The notes beneath the pieces are model-generated. The model was not told the origin of the DNA and ran no database searches. It saw only the letters and a program-made list of their open reading frames with translations. Of a stretch of DNA of 44,081 nucleotides, positions 8,514 through 16,553 are shown in pieces (position 1 is the stretch's first letter; every line of letters starts with the position of its first letter). Made by a program: the position numbers and the translations under genes. This stretch comes from a virus, in UHGV virus genome UHGV-0083269. One strand, 5' to 3'.

Positions 8514-9104
8514 CTAATTCGTTTTGTTGAGACCAACAAAACGTTTGTGGTTCTGTTCATATAGCTGCTTCATCCGCTCCAATTCTTCCGGTGTGGCTGT
8601 TTCTATCCCAGCCGCCTTGCATTCGCTTATCAGACCATCCAATAGGTGTGACATTTCTGCGCTGTCGTAATTGCTGGATCCTTTGAGCAACACATAAGTT
8701 CTATAGCTTACGCCATCACTTCCGGCAACAACCTGTGATGTGGGTTTTAAATGAAATGTCTCTCTTTCAATCACATCATTTTCTGCTTCCTCTGTGTCAG
8801 GTATCCGCACATAGTATCGAGAACCGTCAAACAACTCTACCTGTCCATATCCTCTAAGCATAAGGTTATGCGCTCTTGGCTTTGAGATATGTGCTGCCTC
8901 TGCCAGCTTAGACAGCAATACCCAGTAATAAGAATTGCTGTCAAGGCTGCGCTTGTCTCTCCACTGCTTTGCAGTCAACCTAAGGGTTTTATCCCGCATG
9001 CCATCAATCTGGCCTGATATATCGTCTTCAGCTTCGAAAGTTACACGGAGTTTTCCCGTTGCCCAGTCTCGCGTTACATCAGTTAATGTGCATTTACACT
9101 CCAT
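8514..9104 (-). CDS. hypothetical protein of recombination module
   Basis: 196-aa ORF immediately downstream of the ERF gene. No family recognised. Confidence 0.35.
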   Translation of the reverse strand: MECKCTLTDVTRDWATGKLRVTFEAEDDISGQIDGMRDKTLRLTAKQWRDKRSLDSNSYYWVLLSKLAEAAHISKPRAHNLMLRGYGQVELFDGSRYYVRIPDTEEAENDVIERETFHLKPTSQVVAGSDGVSYRTYVLLKGSSNYDSAEMSHLLDGLISECKAAGIETATPEELERMKQLYEQNHKRFVGLNKTN

Positions 9105-9112
9105 AAGCTACC

Positions 9113-9742
9113 TCACTTCCGCGTAAGACCCTCATCTGCCTTGTCTGGCTTTTTATTAAGTATTTCCATTGCTTTTTTCCAATCCTCAAGTCTAAGATCA
9201 TGCACGTCAGTCACATTGTATGTCTGCAATATTCCTTTAAGGCCTACCCCAGTTCGTTGAAGCTCGGCAAATAATTCATTTACGTACCCCGCTTCAAGCA
9301 CTGGCTTACTCGGCAGCGGTGTTTCTGCATCTGGGTCTTTCATTTCTTCTGTCGGGATGCAAAAAACCTGGAAGCACGCATATTTAAATGCTATTGACAT
9401 TGCTTTGTTGGTCGCTTTGTCGCCGCTGTCCATTCCTTCACCGATCACCGTTGCAGAAACGGAAGATCCATCTTCTGCATAAAAAGTATATTTCACAGTG
9501 CAGATGGAGTAGATCAGATTTCCGCCCTTTGCCGTGAGACGTTCTTCACGTCTCTGTTCCAAAATCTCCGGCACAACAAATAATTTGTGTTTTATCAGCG
9601 CCGGATTGATCGCATTCATGACAGCATCAATACCGCGATACATGAATCGTTGCTGTTCATTTCGGCTATCCTTTCCAACCGCTCCGATTTCAGCCATGAC
9701 GGCAGTTATCGTCTCATAAATATTTTTCTTCTTCTCATCCAT
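9113..9742 (-). CDS. erf: ERF-family single-strand annealing protein
   Basis: 209 aa. ...NEQQRFMYRGIDAVMNAINPALIKHKL matches the ERF conserved block. Its position after Gp157 is typical. Confidence 0.6.
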   Translation of the reverse strand: MDEKKKNIYETITAVMAEIGAVGKDSRNEQQRFMYRGIDAVMNAINPALIKHKLFVVPEILEQRREERLTAKGGNLIYSICTVKYTFYAEDGSSVSATVIGEGMDSGDKATNKAMSIAFKYACFQVFCIPTEEMKDPDAETPLPSKPVLEAGYVNELFAELQRTGVGLKGILQTYNVTDVHDLRLEDWKKAMEILNKKPDKADEGLTRK

Positions 9743-9750
9743 ACTCTCAC

Positions 9751-10242
9751 CTACTTAATCTGGAGATTCTGCCTTGCAACCAGCCGTGCCCCTTTGACTT
9801 CTGTGCCACTTTTCAAGAGCTTCTTAAGTGCTGTCTTATCCACTACCGGATCAGCAATCTTGATACAGGATTGCGGCAAGGCGTTGACATCACCAGCAAA
9901 TTCAACAGCTTCTGACTTTCTCCATGATGCTGATACACGCTCCGTCTGGAACTTCTGTCCATTCAGCACCCCGCTGACATATTCTTTAAGGCTTTCGGCT
10001 TTCGCTTCCGCTCTTGATTGTCGATCTGCAAAGGCCATTTTTTCTTTTTTCAGTGCCTCTGCATCCGACTGCAAATTTTTAATCCATAAAAGGATATTTT
10101 CTATTTTCTCATTAAGATCGCACTGTAAGCTATCAATGGCCGCATACGCTTCTGTATCAACAATCTCTCCTGTCTCTGGATCTAAGGCATTTTCAAACGC
10201 ATTCATAATTTCCGCGTTGATCTGGTATAAATTCACGTTCAC
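9751..10242 (-). CDS. Siphovirus Gp157-family protein
   Basis: 163-aa coiled-coil protein directly upstream of ERF, resembling S. thermophilus phage Sfi Gp157-family proteins. Confidence 0.5.
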   Translation of the reverse strand: MNVNLYQINAEIMNAFENALDPETGEIVDTEAYAAIDSLQCDLNEKIENILLWIKNLQSDAEALKKEKMAFADRQSRAEAKAESLKEYVSGVLNGQKFQTERVSASWRKSEAVEFAGDVNALPQSCIKIADPVVDKTALKKLLKSGTEVKGARLVARQNLQIK

Positions 10243-10682
10243 ATTCCTCCATTACGTTCTGCCTGTTTTTTCTTTGTTTTGCCCTATCTCTGCATTTACA
10301 GCACTCGTCTGCTTCGCAGCTATCACACCGGCTGTTCATTTTCTTCACCATCAAGCAAAGCAATCATCACATCATCATCTACTATAGTCCCCGATTTGGC
10401 TTTTAAATATGCCAGCGTTGCACTTACTCGTCCTTTTAATAAGACCAGCTCTGTAAACTCCTCATACGGGATTTCAATCTTTTTTTTCTCTTCCATCTTG
10501 CATTCCTCCTGCGCACCTGCTAAACTGTAATTGTAATTTTTTTGTTAAATGGTCGTTCAGCTCCGTCAAGCTTGCGGCCTTTTTCTTTGGTTTGGCATAT
10601 CCAGTGTATTTACTACCTCCGCATAATTCAGCGGCCCTGTTTGTGCCGTTTACCCTCCTACTCATGCTTTCCTCCTTTTGAG

Positions 10683-10898
10683 TTAGATTGCATGTACTCG
10701 CATAAATACAACAAACAGCAAGATCACAAATCCAAAGGTTGCGCATCCGACAACAAACATTGTTGTCAACATGTCAACTGCCAGATCAAGCACCTTGAGA
10801 AAAAAACTTCTCTCCTGTCTCTTGGTCTCTTCTTTTTCACTTCGTACAGCCACATAACTGGGCATCTTGTACTCACTTATAAACTTAAGCTTTGCCAT
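10683..10898 (-). CDS. small membrane protein
   Basis: 71 aa with a hydrophobic stretch FVVGCATFGFVILLFVVFM. Confidence 0.3.
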   Translation of the reverse strand: MAKLKFISEYKMPSYVAVRSEKEETKRQERSFFLKVLDLAVDMLTTMFVVGCATFGFVILLFVVFMRVHAI

Positions 10899-10904
10899 TT
10901 TTCT

Positions 10905-11123
10905 TTACCCCCTTATAGCCCACAGCAAATTAGATACTAATAATGCCATTGCTGTGAACACCCAAGCTATAAACCATTTTTCAGCATCTTTGTATGCCTG
11001 AGCTATAATTTCTTCGATATCCTGCCATTCAAGTGTTTTATCTGCTTTATCTTGTGTCATGTTTCTCAAATAACCTCTGTTTTTTCGCCGTCCTCTATCC
11101 CTGCGGCCTTTAATATGGCCCAC
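10905..11123 (-). CDS. small membrane protein
   Basis: 72 aa with C-terminal TM segment FIAWVFTAMALLVSNLLWAI. Confidence 0.3.
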   Translation of the reverse strand: MGHIKGRRDRGRRKNRGYLRNMTQDKADKTLEWQDIEEIIAQAYKDAEKWFIAWVFTAMALLVSNLLWAIRG

Positions 11124-11302
11124 AGTTCCCTCAGCCGCATAGAGCCGGGATCCTGCTTTCTCAGCCGGTACGTTGACAGTTTCATTCCCGCCATCTTAGC
11201 CATGCGATTATCGTCATAGCGCTTGCGGGATTTGATTACGTCAAGGAGTATCTGGAGGTTTTCCCCTTTCTCCTCGGCGTATGTCTTTTTTTTAAGCGCC
11301 AT
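11066..11302 (-). CDS. Cro-like HTH regulator, first gene of the leftward early operon
   Basis: Likely start MALKKK at about 11302 with a GGGGGT RBS. HTH RMAKMAGMKLSTYRLRK. It faces the operator/repeat-rich divergent region at 11363-11580. Confidence 0.45.
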   Translation of the reverse strand: MALKKKTYAEEKGENLQILLDVIKSRKRYDDNRMAKMAGMKLSTYRLRKQDPGSMRLRELWAILKAAGIEDGEKTEVI

Positions 11303-11444
11303 ACTACCCCCGATCTTGTAAATGCTCTTGTGTTCAAAGCCAGTGTAAAAACCCATAAGCATCCAATCTAACGCGTAGCACTGCTACCGTGTTGCGCCTA
11401 CTTACGGGCCGGAGAGGCTCCTGCCAGCTCCGGGCATACAGCTA

Positions 11445-11495
11445 TTTACATTTACCTTTACATTTACATTAACATTTACCTTTACATTAGGTTTT
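11445..11495. repeat. tandem degenerate 8-10-mer array (CATTTACA / TTTACCTTTA / CATTTACATT...)
   Basis: Visible tandem TTTAC(A/C)TT units in the divergent promoter region. Confidence 0.6.
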
Positions 11496-11504
11496 CTGAT
11501 TACA

Positions 11505-11545
11505 TAACCTATGGTTTTTAAATTAAAAAACCTATGGTTATTTAC
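11505..11545. promoter_or_regulatory. two copies of the operator-like inverted repeat AACCTATGGTT, just upstream of a TATAAT -10
   Basis: AACC-TAT-GGTT at about 11507 and 11530. A third copy lies at about 14731 upstream of int. TGTGATATAAT at about 11555-11563 and an AAAGGAGAAG RBS precede the ATG at 11582. Confidence 0.5.
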
Positions 11546-11581
11546 TCCTTATGTGATATAATTCATTTCAAAGGAGAAGTT

Positions 11582-11935
11582 ATGAACCATATCGATTTTT
11601 CAAACATTGAGCTATCTCTTAAAGAGAAAATAACACTACATCTTTTACTGTTTTTTCGTTCCAACCGCCTGTACGATCAAAATATTCTTGATAATCTTTT
11701 GAGACTTGGTCTCCTCGATCGTGTGCATGGAATTTATGCGGTAAATAGATTTGGAAAAATGTATTTCCGCGTCAAACGCAAAGAACGGATGCGATTCATA
11801 ATACCAACAGCAATATCAGTCGTTGCACTATTTGCTGGATATGATGTATACAAGATTCCACTTCTGGACGAAGCATTATCAACAGCAAAGATATTACTGG
11901 TGCATATACTGGAAAGTTTGGGAATTTTGCCATGA
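11582..11935 (+). CDS. hypothetical protein of the lysogeny island (possible membrane segment)
   Basis: ATG at 11582 after an AAAGGAGAAG RBS. 117 aa. Confidence 0.4.
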   Translation: MNHIDFSNIELSLKEKITLHLLLFFRSNRLYDQNILDNLLRLGLLDRVHGIYAVNRFGKMYFRVKRKERMRFIIPTAISVVALFAGYDVYKIPLLDEALSTAKILLVHILESLGILP

Positions 11936-11989
11936 ACCATTCCAGAAGCGTCTTTCTTGGTTCGCAGAAATACCAGTGAATGAATTTTC

Positions 11990-12196
11990 TCACTTGCTTT
12001 TCTCACAACCTTTCAATTCAAGTAAATCATCTGCCAAATGCCCTAACGGAATTTTTTCACCCGGCTGCACATCAGCCGCTTTCGGATATTCCAATCCGCT
12101 CTTGTCTCCGGTCAATACCGCAATGGTCAGTTGATTTACTTTGTGCTGTAAGTATCTTATGTAATTAAAAAGATACTCCTCTTCGCTTTTCTTCAC
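11990..12196 (-). CDS. hypothetical small protein, probably coupled to excisionase
   Basis: 68-aa ORF that starts immediately after the stop of the upstream xis-like ORF. Confidence 0.3.
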   Translation of the reverse strand: MKKSEEEYLFNYIRYLQHKVNQLTIAVLTGDKSGLEYPKAADVQPGEKIPLGHLADDLLELKGCEKSK

Positions 12197-12205
12197 TTTT
12201 CTCTC

Positions 12206-12385
12206 TCACAACCTTCCTGTTGTTCTTCGTGAATCCTCGAATGCTTTAAGATCATCCTCGGAAATCCGATATTCTTTACCGATGCGGATCGCTGGGAGCT
12301 TCTTTTTTCTGATCCACTCCCACACCGTAATTATCTTTACGCTGTACCGCTCTGCGATTTCACCGCAGTTATACATTTTTGACAA
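12206..12385 (-). CDS. xis: excisionase-family (MerR-like HTH) DNA-binding protein, not in ORF track
   Basis: LSKMYNCGEIAERYSVKIITVWEWIRKKKLPAIRIGKEYRISEDDLKAFE matches the phage Xis HTH pattern (...TVYRWIR.GKLPA.KIG..YRI...DL). A GGAGGTG RBS lies 7 nt before TTG. Confidence 0.5.
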   Translation of the reverse strand: MSKMYNCGEIAERYSVKIITVWEWIRKKKLPAIRIGKEYRISEDDLKAFEDSRRTTGRL

Positions 12386-12799
12386 TGTATCACCTCCTTA
12401 TAGTGCTTTTTAGTTGTGTTTGCCTTGCGTTTGTGATATGCTATATATGCCTTTTGGCAAGGAAAGGAGCTGGTGTCTATTGACCAAACTTTTGTCTTTG
12501 CCTGCTCTCTCTGCATTTAATCCGCCCACACTGAAACCTCGACAGCCTAAACAGGTCAAAGGCGGCGCTGAATGTTTTGCCAGCGATTAGGCATATTGCA
12601 GAACCAAAACTGCGAAAGTGGCAAAGTGCTTCAAGAAGCATTTGGCACCATCATATGCGGCTCATGCCTGCAAAGTACATAGGGTAAACAAATTTGGAAA
12701 AGAACTGTTCAGAATGGTGCTCTGGGCAGTTTCTTTTTGCAGTTTTGCGTCAAAAATTGCATTCCTGACAAAAAACTTTATGCAAAAGTACAATTATAC

Positions 12800-12932
12800 T
12801 TGCGTATAGTTCGGTTTAGTGATATACTGTGAGTGTCAATCGAAGTAATCAACTTCACCGAGGTATTTCTTTTGCTTAGCTCGTTCCACCGAACTATGTG
12901 TATACTATAGCACGGCAAACCGAACTAGTCAA
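12800..12932. promoter_or_regulatory. operator/promoter region with CCGAACTA half-sites and TATACT -10 boxes upstream of the repressor gene
   Basis: TAGTTCGGTTTA (about 12806), CCGAACTATG (about 12890) and AAACCGAACTAG (about 12916) form inverted copies that overlap GATATACT / TATACTAT boxes. Confidence 0.45.
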
Positions 12933-12976
12933 TAGTTTTATCTCAATTTTCTAAACTATTTTTTGAGGTGCGAACT

Positions 12977-13360
12977 ATGTATGAAATTTTTAAAATGCTG
13001 TGCGAAGAAAAAGGTATAACGACATACCGTTTCTGCAAAGACACCGGGGTAAACTCCTCAACAATAAGCACATGGAAAACAAAAAATTCCGTATGCAGTT
13101 CAAGGCTCGCCGGAATAGTTGCCAAATATTTTGGAGTGTCCGTTGATTATGTACTTACAGGAAAGGAGGAGGTTGCCGTTGCACAGGAAGAGCACATTGA
13201 TTTAAAAGCGGAATTTAACCGCATCAAGAAACTGTTGGAAAGCGGGGAAAACGCACCATTATACTTTGACGGTCAGCCCGCAGATCAGGAGAGCATCAAC
13301 TTGCTGCTCGATCAGATCAAGATATCTGTTGCGCTTATGGAACGTATGCGCAAAAAATAG
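12977..13360 (+). CDS. XRE-family HTH repressor (CI-like)
   Basis: HTH ITTYRFCKDTGVNSSTISTWKTKN. GAGGTG RBS. Directly followed by an ImmA-like gene. Confidence 0.8.
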   Translation: MYEIFKMLCEEKGITTYRFCKDTGVNSSTISTWKTKNSVCSSRLAGIVAKYFGVSVDYVLTGKEEVAVAQEEHIDLKAEFNRIKKLLESGENAPLYFDGQPADQESINLLLDQIKISVALMERMRKK

Positions 13361-13372
13361 GAGAAGTGGAAC

Positions 13373-13798
13373 ATGACAGATGCAAAAAGGACAGCCGCAG
13401 AGCTATCAAATATGTATCATACAAATGACCCCATTGATCTCGCCGATCATCTGGGAGTATATACACAGGTTGGCCCTTTGGGTAAGATATACGGATGCTG
13501 TTTAACCATAGCGGGTGAACGCTTCATTTATATAAACAGCGATCTGGATAAGTCTACACAAAAGATGGTTGCGGCCCATGAGCTGGGTCACGCCGTAATG
13601 CATCAGGAAGATTACTTCTTTTTTAACTGGATGCCGGACAGCTTGCACCGGAACCGTGCAGAGATCGAAGCGCATACTTTTGCTGCTGAGTTGCTGGTAC
13701 CGGACAGCGTTGTGTTGGAGCATCCGGGATTTACATTGAATCAGCTATCCGCATTAACCGGATACGCTGAGGAGTTCTTGAAATTCAAAAGGTTTTAA
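13373..13798 (+). CDS. ImmA/IrrE-family zinc metallopeptidase
   Basis: HELGHAVMH HExxH motif. Canonical ImmR-ImmA pairing. Confidence 0.8.
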   Translation: MTDAKRTAAELSNMYHTNDPIDLADHLGVYTQVGPLGKIYGCCLTIAGERFIYINSDLDKSTQKMVAAHELGHAVMHQEDYFFFNWMPDSLHRNRAEIEAHTFAAELLVPDSVVLEHPGFTLNQLSALTGYAEEFLKFKRF

Positions 13799-13855
13799 GG
13801 GGGATGTGTCGATCAGTACGGTGCCCCGTTGATTGAGTGGTGATCTTATTTATAA

Positions 13856-14521
13856 ATGATTGAGAAAGATGAAAAGCGAATTTTAGAACGCAAAGAGATT
13901 GAAAAGAATAGAGAAAATCAAGAAGAGAACAAAAGAAAATTAAATTATTCTTTTACCATAAAAGATATGGAACAATTTAGTGAAATACCCTTTGAATGGT
14001 GCTGGGTAGATACCCTATCATACTCCAACGGCATTGCTTGGTTTATGTTAAACAAGAATAATCAATATATTGCCTTATCTGTTTTGGATTTTATTAACCA
14101 GATTTTAGTCAAATCTAAAGCTTATACAGGATTCACAAAAAAAATGTATATTTGCACAGAAAACATAAATTTTGATTTTCCGGTTCCAATGCACAAGGAT
14201 AGTCTTCCTTGGACATATGTGCAGTGTGTACCTTATACTCCAAAAATGAAACTATCAAAGTATCCGGCAGTTTTACATTTTTGCGAATACGCTACCAAAA
14301 AAGAATACTGTGGTTTTGAATCATATGTCTATTGTTCTCTTGGAGAGATATTTTTTATGCAGGATGGGAATATAGGGAAAGCCAATTTAGACATACAACC
14401 TTATAAAATCCAAATCAGGCTTCATGGATTAAATTTAATTGTTAAGAGAATTGACAAATTTACCTCAATGGGGAATATTAATATCTACAAATTTAATCCT
14501 AAGGAATATAATGCTTTTTGA
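13856..14521 (+). CDS. AT-rich hypothetical protein (moron in lysogeny module)
   Basis: 221-aa ORF with K/E-rich N-terminus, visibly lower GC than its flanks. No family recognised. Confidence 0.5.
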   Translation: MIEKDEKRILERKEIEKNRENQEENKRKLNYSFTIKDMEQFSEIPFEWCWVDTLSYSNGIAWFMLNKNNQYIALSVLDFINQILVKSKAYTGFTKKMYICTENINFDFPVPMHKDSLPWTYVQCVPYTPKMKLSKYPAVLHFCEYATKKEYCGFESYVYCSLGEIFFMQDGNIGKANLDIQPYKIQIRLHGLNLIVKRIDKFTSMGNINIYKFNPKEYNAF

Positions 14522-14693
14522 TTTTATTTAATTCTTCAGATTGTTGAGCTAGATGAACGCCAGATTCAAAAGCTTCTCTTACAGCAGCTTTCATCTGCCG
14601 CAGAGGAGAGGGGGCATTCTCAGGAGTGACGATGCTTTCCAGACGCTCAACACGATTTACTAAGTTATTCCATCGTTTTTTTGATATAAACAT
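14499..14693 (-). CDS. small hypothetical protein, convergent with the moron
   Basis: 64-aa ORF overlapping the 3' end of 13856..14521. Confidence 0.25.
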   Translation of the reverse strand: MFISKKRWNNLVNRVERLESIVTPENAPSPLRQMKAAVREAFESGVHLAQQSEELNKIKKHYIP

Positions 14694-14915
14694 AAAATAC
14701 CATCCTTTTTATTTTTATCATATCAGAAAAACCTATGGTTATATCACCAATATAAAAAACGCCCGGCGCTACCAACACCAGACGTTTTAGGAGTGTGATA
14801 TTTCTACCACGAAGCCTACACCCGTATAATATCACATTTCCAGGCAGTCACGCAAGATAAACCATGTAAAAATCTGGTGGCTGTATTTTTTATACCCCAA
14901 AAGGAGTGTGCGACT

Positions 14916-16157
14916 ATGGCAAAAGCAAAAAAATTACCCTCAGGATCATGGCGTGTACTGGTGTTTGACCACTACGAGCCTGTCTTAAATCCAGACGGAA
15001 CACCCGTCATGCAAAACGGAAAACCGAAACAAAAAAGAATATATCAGTCCTTTACGGATGATGACCCGTCAACCAAAGGACGCAAACGGGTCGAATTGGC
15101 AGCTGCACAATACATGGCAGAGAAAGATTCACGTGAAGCGGAAAGGCGCAACCAAGAGGAGAATATGACGCTTAGAGGGGCGGCAGAAAAATATATAGAT
15201 CTGTGCAGAACATTGAAAAGGTCTCCGTCCACCATAGAAGACTATGAGTGTATCATGCGGAACGGGTTCCAGGATCTTTTTAACATGCGCCTGTGTGACA
15301 TATCGGAAGATCTACTGCAAAACGCCATAGCCAAAGAAGCGCAGAGGCCTGTCAACGGGAAGCCGGGTAAAACCCTTACAGCAAAGCGGCTGAAAAATGA
15401 ATGGGGGTTTGTATCCTCTGTGCTGCACAAATACACAAACATCCGCACCGACAATCTGCAATTACCTACGCCAACGCAAAGAATGGTTGACCTGCCAGAT
15501 GCAAAAACAGTAATGGACATAGTACGCGGCACCGAAATGGAGCTGCCGGTGCTGCTTGCAATGTGGCTGTCGTTCACGGCATCGGAGATCCGCGGTCTTA
15601 CAAAATCCAAATCAATTAATGGTGATTACATAACAATAAAAGAGACGGTCATTACCGTAAAAGGAAAAGCTGTAAGAAAAGAGACAGCGAAGAACAACAC
15701 GAGAAAACGCAAACACAAAATACCGGCTTATATAAAAGGTCTGATCGACAAGGTTCCTGGCGATGTACTGGTGCCGATGACTGATGTTTCATTGCACCAC
15801 CGCTGGAAACGCTTACAAAAAAGCTACGGTATAAAAGACCCTATCACGTTTCACGACCTCAGACATCTTAATGCCTCAGTAATGGCCCTGCTGCAAATAC
15901 CGGATAAATACGCTCAGGAGCGCGGTGGCTGGAAGTCGGATGCTGTCATGAAAAAGATCTACATGCAGACATTTTCGTCGGAGCGGCAAAAGGTTGATGA
16001 TAAAATTGACAGCTACTTTGAGAGCATCGTGGGAACCGAAAAAAGCGAAAAAGAATCCATAAAAGAAGTTGTGAACCGGCTGAAAAAAGAAGATCCAGAG
16101 GGATGGAAAAAAGCCATTTTAGAAGCTATGCAACACGAAATGCAACACGCGCAATAA
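14916..16157 (+). CDS. int: tyrosine integrase with N-terminal arm-binding-type domain
   Basis: ATG at 14916 after an AAAAGGAG RBS. HDLRH (HxxR) box and catalytic Tyr in GGWKSDAVMKKIY. N-terminus MAKAKKLPSGSWR is typical of phage Int. Confidence 0.9.
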   Translation: MAKAKKLPSGSWRVLVFDHYEPVLNPDGTPVMQNGKPKQKRIYQSFTDDDPSTKGRKRVELAAAQYMAEKDSREAERRNQEENMTLRGAAEKYIDLCRTLKRSPSTIEDYECIMRNGFQDLFNMRLCDISEDLLQNAIAKEAQRPVNGKPGKTLTAKRLKNEWGFVSSVLHKYTNIRTDNLQLPTPTQRMVDLPDAKTVMDIVRGTEMELPVLLAMWLSFTASEIRGLTKSKSINGDYITIKETVITVKGKAVRKETAKNNTRKRKHKIPAYIKGLIDKVPGDVLVPMTDVSLHHRWKRLQKSYGIKDPITFHDLRHLNASVMALLQIPDKYAQERGGWKSDAVMKKIYMQTFSSERQKVDDKIDSYFESIVGTEKSEKESIKEVVNRLKKEDPEGWKKAILEAMQHEMQHAQ

Positions 16158-16182
16158 AAAATGGCTTAAATAAGCCATTTTT
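16157..16182 (+). terminator. rho-independent terminator after int
   Basis: AAAAATGGCTTAAATAAGCCATTTTT forms a perfect 9-bp stem followed by a T-run. Confidence 0.6.
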
Positions 16183-16185
16183 CAA

Positions 16186-16210
16186 GAGCAGACAACGGGA
16201 ATCGAACCCG
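16186..16210 (-). other. tRNA T-arm/acceptor-like fragment (GGGTTCGATTCCCGTTGTCTGCTC), possible attP core
   Basis: Canonical GGTTCGATTCC T-loop motif with no 5' half of a tRNA present. Confidence 0.35.
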
Positions 16211-16382
16211 TTAAAGTAAAAACTCACAAACCCGCGAAAACACTGAAATCTAGCATTTATGCGGGTTTGCGAGTTATAAATATTTATCACTTGCTCTATA
16301 AATATATCACAAATAATATATTTTTGCTTTCTATGCAACACGAAATGCAACACGACTGCTGCAATGGGTAGATAGGTGGTGC

Positions 16383-16553
16383 ATCCATGCGTTATCTTTC
16401 CCAGCGTTATTCCATGCCATATAAGGAATGCAAGGCAGTCCTTACAGATATTGGTACAGAAGAACTGGCTCATCTGGAGATTGTGACGACTATTATAGTA
16501 CTAATCCTGGATAGTGGAGAGCGCCGTCCTGGTCAGGAGTAAGTACTACTGGT
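16383..16553 (+). pseudogene. fragment of a Mn-catalase / CotJC-family gene
   Basis: Translates to MRYLSQRYSMPYKECKAVLTDIGTEELAHLEIVTT..., matching the conserved N-terminal block of Mn-catalase/CotJC (..RYL.QRY..P...LLTDIGTEE.AHLEMI.TM). The fragment covers only about 45 residues and diverges where the lysin gene begins on the other strand. Confidence 0.55.

Larger units (their letters stand above)
16129..16356. repeat. 22-bp direct repeat ATGCAACACGAAATGCAACACG (four ATGCAACACG 10-mers) flanking the attP-like region
   Basis: Copy 1 is the last codons of int (MQHEMQH). Copy 2 is about 205 bp downstream at about 16335-16356. These are candidate arm-type Int binding sites. Confidence 0.5.

Noticed and set aside
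9587-10387. 266-aa plus-strand ORF
   Set aside because: It lies entirely antisense to the recognisable ERF and Gp157 genes and has no RBS. Shadow ORF of a coding minus strand.
11445-11495. Possible CRISPR array
   Set aside because: The units are 8-10 nt, degenerate and contiguous, with no spacers. It is an operator/iteron-like tandem repeat, not CRISPR.
12618-12809. 63-aa plus ORF in the xis-to-repressor intergenic region
   Set aside because: It overlaps the operator/promoter region and has no RBS. Probably noncoding.
16186-16270. Possible complete tRNA gene downstream of int
   Set aside because: Only a T-arm/acceptor-like 3' segment is present. No matching 5' acceptor strand, D-arm or anticodon arm could be folded. 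Kept as a fragment or possible att core.
16126-16473. 115-aa minus-strand ORF spanning the attP-like region
   Set aside because: It runs through the terminator hairpin, the T-arm-like motif and the AT-rich repeats, antisense to the int end. Low-complexity translation.
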